Of a stretch of DNA of 64,000 bases, positions 57,247 to 64,000 are shown one piece after another. This DNA is from Escherichia coli. Its GTDB lineage: Bacteria > Pseudomonadota > Gammaproteobacteria > Enterobacterales > Enterobacteriaceae. The position numbers and the translations under genes were made by a program. The stretch lies in NCBI RefSeq assembly GCF_024223415.1, contig NZ_CP100500.1. One strand, given 5' to 3'. Numbering within the stretch: position 1 is the stretch's first letter; every line of letters starts with the position of its first letter. A model generated the notes under the pieces. It saw only the letters and a list, made by a program, of their open reading frames with translations, searched no databases and had not been told where the DNA came from.

Positions 57247-58680
57247 TTAGTGGTTACGGATGTACTCATCCATCTCGGTTTTCAGGTTATCGGATTTAGT
57301 ACCGAAAATCGCCTGAACACCAGAACCAGCAACCACTACGCCCGCTGCGCCCAGTTTCTTCAGGCCGGCCTGATCCACTTTAGACACATCAGCAACGCTG
57401 ACGCGCAGACGGGTAATACATGCGTCGAGGTTAGTAATGTTTTCTTTACCACCAAATGCAGCAACCAGAGCCGGTGCCATTTCGCTGGTACCTGTCGCTT
57501 TTGCATCTTCAGTCGCGTCTTCACGACCCGGCGTTTTCAGATCCAGTGCTTTAATCAGCACGCGGAAGATGGTGTAGTAAACAATCGCATAACCGATACC
57601 GACGATCGGGAACAGCCACAGTTTGCTGCTGTTACCAGACAGAACGATGAAGTCGATCAGACCGTGCGAGAACGACGTACCGTCACGCATCCCCAGAAGA
57701 ATACAGATTGGGAATGCCAGGCCTGCCAGAATCGCGTGGATGATGTACAGGATCGGCGCAACGAACATGAAGGAGAACTCGATCGGCTCGGTGATACCGG
57801 TCAGGAACGAGGTCAGCGCCGCGGAGATCATAATACCGCCCACTTTCGCGCGGTTTTCTGGTTTAGCAGAGTGCCAGATAGCAATTGCGGCAGCTGGCAG
57901 ACCGTACATTTTGAACAGGAAGCCACCAGACAGTTTACCCGCAGTCGGGTCACCCGCCATATAACGCGGAATGTCGCCGTGGAAAACCTGACCTGCTGCG
58001 TTGGTGTATTCACCAATCTGCATCTGGAAAGGTACGTTCCAGATGTGGTGCAGACCAAACGGTACCAGGCAACGTTCGATGAAACCGTAAATGCCAAACG
58101 CAACTACCGGGTTCTGGTAAGCAGCCCACTGAGAGAAGGTCTGGATTGCAGAACCAATCGGCGGCCAAATGAAGGACAGCACAACGCCAGTAAAGATGGC
58201 AGCCAGGCCAGAAATGATCGGCACAAAGCGTTTACCGGCAAAGAAGCCAAGATACTCAGGCAGCTTAATACGGTAGAAACGGTTAAACATGTACGCTGCG
58301 ATCGCACCGGAGATAATCCCTCCGAGTACGCCAGTATCCGCCAGGTGTTTAGAGGCGATTTCTTCAGCAGGTAAATGCAGTACCAGTGGCGCAACCACGG
58401 CCATGGTTTTAACCATGATGCCATAGGCAACAACTGCGGCCAGCGCGGATACGCCATCGTTATTGGTAAAGCCGAGGGCGACACCGATCGCAAAAATCAG
58501 TGGCATGTTTGCAAAGACGGAACCGCCTGCTTCTGCCATAACATGCGATACAACGGCGGGCAGCCAGCTGAAATTCGCGGAACCGACGCCCAGCAGAATA
58601 CCTGCGATAGGCAGTACGGATACCGGCAGCATCAGCGATTTACCGACCTTTTGCAGGTTAGCAAATGCATTCTTAAACAT
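57247..58680 (-). CDS. ptsG: Glucose-specific PTS enzyme IICB (PtsG)
   Basis: 477 aa, multi-TM EIIC domain plus C-terminal EIIB (CITRLR). Confidence 0.95.
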
Positions 58681-58974
58681 AATTGAGAGTGCTCCTGAGT
58701 ATGGGTGCTTTTTTTACGTTCTCACGCGTGGCAAGGGGGGAGAGCCTCGCCGTGTACAGGGCATCTAAGCGCCCTTTATTTATTACACAGAGTAAAATAA
58801 TTCAGTGCCAATTTGTTTGACGGCTATCACGTTTCAACTTCAGATCATTGGAGAAGTTGCACATTTTGACAAAACATATGTCACAATATTTCAAACGTGG
58901 TTATTCACCGCCCAATTTTCGGCGGTGAACTTTACTCGTTTTAGCCATTAATTACGAGCTTTAAAAAAACTCAT

Positions 58975-59772
58975 TCAACGGATGGATTGAAGGCGGGAAG
59001 CGTCGATGTGAAACAGACGGGCGAAGTTATCGGTGGTTACCTGCGCCAGTTCTTCAACGGCAACACCTTTCAACACAGCCATGTATTCTGCAACGTCACG
59101 AACCATCGCAGGTTGATTCTCTTTTCCTCGATGCGGTACCGGCGCAAGGTAAGGTGAGTCAGTTTCCACCAGTAACCGATCCAGGGGGACATAACGCGCA
59201 GCATCGCGCAGTTGCTCCGCATTACGGAAGGTCACAATGCCGGAAAAGGAGATGTAAAATCCGAGATCCAGTAATTTGCCCGCCGTTTCTCTGTCCTCTG
59301 TAAAACAGTGTAGTACGCCACCGCAATCCGTCACTTTTTCTTCGCGCAGAATTGCCAGCGTATCGGCGCGGGCGTCACGGGTATGGACGATAACCGGCTT
59401 GTTCAGTTCACGACCAATTTGGATATGATGGATGAAGGACTCTTGCTGACGTACTTTAGTTTCCGGTGTGTAATAATAATCCAGCCCGGTTTCACCCAGC
59501 GCTACAACACCCTCTTCTGCCGCCAGACGGCGTAAATCTTCTACATCGTAGGGATCATTCTGGTTGAGTGGATGCACGCCACAAGAAAATACGACGTTGT
59601 CACGTTCGCCTACCAGATCCCGCATGTGTAAATAACCCGGTAATGTTGTGGCGACTGCCAGACAAAATTTCACATCGCGTGCGGCGGCTTTCGCCAGAAC
59701 GTCATCCACGTCCTTATGCAAAGATTCATAATCCAGACCATCGAGATGGCAGTGTGAGTCGACTAAAAACAT
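58975..59772 (-). CDS. ycfH: TatD-family metal-dependent DNase YcfH
   Basis: 265 aa from internal [14 protein letters not shown]... Confidence 0.85.
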
Positions 59773-59782
59773 GATGTCTCTC

Positions 59783-60787
59783 TTAAAGATGAGGAACCGG
59801 TAGCACAACGCCCGGTTGCAGGTAATGCTCAATACGCAGTAAAAGATCGGTGATGAGAAGCTCGCGGTTGATGCCTGTGACAGATATTAACTGTTCACGA
59901 ATGTGGCAAACATCCCCCAGTATAGCCTGCAGGCGCGAGGGAGAAAGATGGTTTGCTAGTTCGACGACCAGGCCCGGCACATCAACATTGGTCACCTGCG
60001 CAGCGCCATGATGGCGTTTTAGCGCATCCATCAGCAACGTTGCCAGCCAGTGTAAACGCGCCGGAGCTTGTTCATGATTAAGGGCCGCCAGCAGCGAATA
60101 CCAGTCGCCCGATGGCACGCTATATGCCAACGCCTGACACAATGTTTCACGAGCCTGCCAGTTATCTCCCTGAAACAACGCCAGTGCCGCGCCAGGCGAA
60201 CCGGCGCTTAAGCGCAATGCGGCAAGTAATGCATCCTGTGACATTGTCACTTCGCGTGAAAGCCAGGTCACGGCGTACTGTTCCGGCGGCGGCGCAAGGT
60301 AATGTAACCGACAACGACTACGTAATGTTGCCAGTAAACGTTCAGGCTCGTGGGTAGCCAGGAAAAACCAGGTTTCTGCTGGTGGCTCTTCAAGCGTTTT
60401 CAGCAATGCGTTAGCCGCGGCGTCGGTTAGTAAGGCAGCATCGGTTACCCAGACAACTTTCGCACCACCTAAGCGTGCGTGCTCATTCAGCTTTTCGGTG
60501 ACCTCACGTACCGCATCAATGCCCAGCGCATTTTTCCCTTTTTCGGGAGCCAGGGTGTAGTAATCGGGATGCGTGCCAGCCTGCATCAACTGACATCCAC
60601 GACAGTGACCGCAACTTTTGTGGCCCTGCGGTTGTTGGCAGAGTAAATAACGGCTCAGGGCGTAGATTAAAGCATCATCGCCCATGCCCGGTAACGCCTG
60701 AATGAGTAGCGCATGGTGACCTCTTCCGGCCTGATAGCTGGCTACCAGTTTTTCGAAATCAGGTCGTAACCATGGATACCATCTCAT
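59783..60787 (-). CDS. holB: DNA polymerase III delta-prime subunit HolB
   Basis: 334 aa, [28 protein letters not shown]... Confidence 0.9.
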
Positions 60788-61425
60788 GCGTCCAACTCCT
60801 TCACCCAGTGGGTCACGGTAGTGCGGATTGCATCCATCACGGCCTCCAGCGGCTGGGTGGCATCAATGGTATGAATACTTTTATCTTGTGCAGCCAGTTC
60901 CAGATAGCGGGCGCGGGTGCGATTAAAGAAATCGAAAGACTCTTGCTCAATACGATCCAGCTCGCCGCGCGCACGCGCGCGTTTTAAGCCAACTTCCGGG
61001 GTAACATCGAGATAGAGCGTTAAGTCGGGGCGAAAATCCCCGAGAACAGCATCACGCAGTGTTGCCAGCATATGTTGGTCAATACCACGTCCTCCGCCCT
61101 GATACGCCTGAGTGGAGAGATCGTGACGATCGCCAATCACCCAGGTGCCGTTAGCCAGCGCAGGTTTGATGACCGTTTCTACCAGTTGAACGCGCGCGGC
61201 ATAAAACATCAGAACTTCGGCTTTATCGGTAATGACTTCATCGCCTACCGATTTGATATCCAGCACCAGGCTTCTTAACTTTTCGGCAAGTTGCGTACCG
61301 CCAGGTTCCCGAGTGAAAACCATGTCGCGGATACCCAGTTGCTCGAGCGTCTCAACCACCACATTACGCGCGGTAGTTTTGCCTGCGCCTTCCAGCCCCT
61401 CAATGACGATATACTTACTGCGCAT
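60784..61425 (-). CDS. tmk: Thymidylate kinase
   Basis: 213 aa, P-loop [10 protein letters not shown]. Confidence 0.9.
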
Positions 61426-62437
61426 TTTTTTCCTTAAGCACTTTCAGATAATCCTGCACAGACTTGTTATGACTGGCAAGATTGGTATTAAACGTGTGAC
61501 CACCTTTACCATCGGCCACAAAATAGAGATACGGCGTTTTTGCCGGATGCGCAGCAGCCTTCAGCGAATCCGCCCCCGGCGTAGCTATCGCACCTGGCGG
61601 CAAACCGGTAATGGTATAGGTGTTATACGCTGTCGGCGTTTCCAGGTCTGCACGAGAAAGTTTGCCATTATAACGCTCTCCCATCCCGTAAATCACGGTT
61701 GGGTCGGTCTGCAGGCGCATACCAATGCGTAAACGGTTGATAAATACCGAGGCAACCTGATCGCGTTCACTGGCAACGGCGGTTTCTTTTTCGATAATTG
61801 ATGCCATCGTCACCAGCTGATTTTTATCTTTATAAGGCAGACCGTCCGCACGCCCTTCCCAGGCGCTATCGACCGCTTTCACCATTTTCTTGTGCGCTCG
61901 CTTGAGTAACGCGACATCGGTGGTATTGGCGGTATACATCCAGGTGTCTGGCCAGAACCAACCTTCAATCCACTCCGGGTTTTCCAGTTCAAGTGCCTGC
62001 GCTACGGTGATGTACTTATCATCGCTCAGCGTGTGCTTGATATACGGGGCCTCACGCAATTGCTTGAGGTAGTCGCTCAGACGCATCCCTTCTACCAGTC
62101 GCAGCGGGAACTGTGCTTCTTTACCGCTTTCCAACAATTTCAGCATCTCGCGCACGGTCATCTGCGGTGTAAAGCGGTAAGTCCCGGCTTTAAAGTGAGA
62201 AAGATCCGGTTCGATACGCAGCAACCATTGAAAAACCCGTGGGCGATTGATGATCTTATCGGCATAAAGCTGTTCACCAAGCGCCAGACGTCCGGTCCCT
62301 GGCTTCAGGGTAAATATCGTCTCTTCTTTGATAAGCAATTTGCTGTCGGCAAGATAGCGAACCTTCCAGACGCCCACACCAGCGGCGATACCCAGTACCA
62401 CCAGCAATAACAAGATTATCAATAACACTTTTTTCAT
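61415..62437 (-). CDS. mltG: Endolytic murein transglycosylase MltG (YceG)
   Basis: 340 aa, N-terminal TM anchor, YceG-like domain. Confidence 0.85.
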
Positions 62438-62439
62438 GA

Positions 62440-63249
62440 CTAATTCGGGCGCTCACAAAGTGGGGCTAAGTATTCATATAACGTTGCTGACGAAAAGGAG
62501 ACATCGCCACAGGCACGTACGGGCATCACTGGCATTAACGCATTACAAATAACCATCTCATCTGCCTGCAACGCCTCTTCCAGAGAAGCTTGCACTTCGA
62601 CAAGCTGATAAGAGGATTGTGCCAGTAAACGGATACAGAATTGTCGCATAATGCCGTTAACACCTGCCTGATCCAGTCGCGGCGTATAAACTACATTGCC
62701 CTTCCGCCAGAACAAATTAGCCGCACAGCATTCCGTAACCCACCCTTCGCTGTCAAGGACCAGCGCCTCATCAGCGTTTGTCTGCTCAAGATGAGAGCGA
62801 ATCAATACTTGCTCAAGCCGATTAAGATGTTTAATACCTGCAAGATGAGGATTGCGCCCCAGCCGCACCGGGCTTAGCGCCAACGTCATCCCCTCGTTAC
62901 GCAAACGGTAGTAATGTGCAGGATAAGCCGTAACGGAGAGAATCCGCGTTGCCGGTCCACTGTTCAATGTGCTGTACCCTCGCCCGCCACTACCGCGACT
63001 GATCACGACTTTCAGTACACCATTTTGCTGTTCTGCTGCCAGCGTTTTCATCTCTTGTTCAAGCTGAGGCCAGAAGTCACAGGAAATCATCAACCGCTGA
63101 CAAGCATCCTGTAGTCGCTGGATATGCGCCGATAACAAACTGACTTTACCGTCGATAACTCTGGCGGTGGTAAAACAACCATCACCAAACTGCGTTGCCC
63201 GATCGCTTACTGCCAGCGATTCCTGCTTATGACCGTTAATTAAGAACAT
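62440..63249 (-). CDS. pabC: Aminodeoxychorismate lyase PabC
   Basis: 269 aa, class IV aminotransferase fold. Confidence 0.85.
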   Translation of the reverse strand: MFLINGHKQESLAVSDRATQFGDGCFTTARVIDGKVSLLSAHIQRLQDACQRLMISCDFWPQLEQEMKTLAAEQQNGVLKVVISRGSGGRGYSTLNSGPATRILSVTAYPAHYYRLRNEGMTLALSPVRLGRNPHLAGIKHLNRLEQVLIRSHLEQTNADEALVLDSEGWVTECCAANLFWRKGNVVYTPRLDQAGVNGIMRQFCIRLLAQSSYQLVEVQASLEEALQADEMVICNALMPVMPVRACGDVSFSSATLYEYLAPLCERPN

Positions 63250-63321
63250 ACCGGCTCCTTATCAGAGAATTGTTAGTGTGGCAGCATGTTCACTACGGAA
63301 CAAGTCGGAATAAAAGCTAAG

Positions 63322-63350
63322 AAAAAAGGCCCGCAAGCGGACCTTTTATA
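63322..63350 (-). terminator. Intrinsic terminator downstream of fabF
   Basis: ggtccgc-ttg-cgggcc hairpin followed by ttttttc on the minus strand. Confidence 0.5.
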
Positions 63351-63368
63351 AGGGTGGAAAATGACAAT

Positions 63369-64000
<632 letters not shown>

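Noticed and set aside
57250-58374. 374-aa plus-strand ORF
   Set aside because: Antisense to ptsG across almost its whole length; shadow ORF.

Overview
This window is an Escherichia coli-type chromosomal segment in K-12 synteny, read opposite to the usual K-12 map orientation: ymgC-ariR-ymgA-ycgZ, bluF-bluR, ycgX, iraM, icd, rluE, nudJ, mnmA, hflD, purB, phoPQ, then roxA, pepT, potABCD, cobB, nagK, lolEDC, ycfT, mfd, ldtC, bhsA, comR, ycfJ, ndh, ycfP, nagZ, thiK, lpoB, ycfL, hinT, fhuE, ptsG, ycfH, holB, tmk, mltG, pabC and the 3' part of fabF. Gene identities are from reading the supplied translations against remembered E. coli proteins; no database search was run. The main non-core feature is a ~15.4 kb low-GC island (about 14050-29411) inserted at the phoQ stop codon, upstream of roxA. 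It encodes an integrase, AlpA, an RHH regulator, a primase-helicase with a 3' iteron array, SSB, and a complete head/packaging module (HK97-type capsid, protease, portal, connector, adaptor, HNH, TerS, TerL) but no tail or lysis genes. That is the gene content of a capsid-forming phage satellite (cf-PICI-like). Inside it are several unexplained elements: a stand-alone opposite-strand 157-aa gene with its own promoter, four arrays of 10-bp-phased NNACAA repeats, a palindrome-dense noncoding block at the left end, and a terminator directly abutting the capsid start codon. The island boundaries are not settled: a short direct repeat at the phoQ stop codon is preferred over an inner 26-bp repeat. 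icd is intact with no e14 prophage. ycfJ and fhuE carry frameshifts at homopolymers and cobB may end 6 codons early; these could be real or assembly errors.
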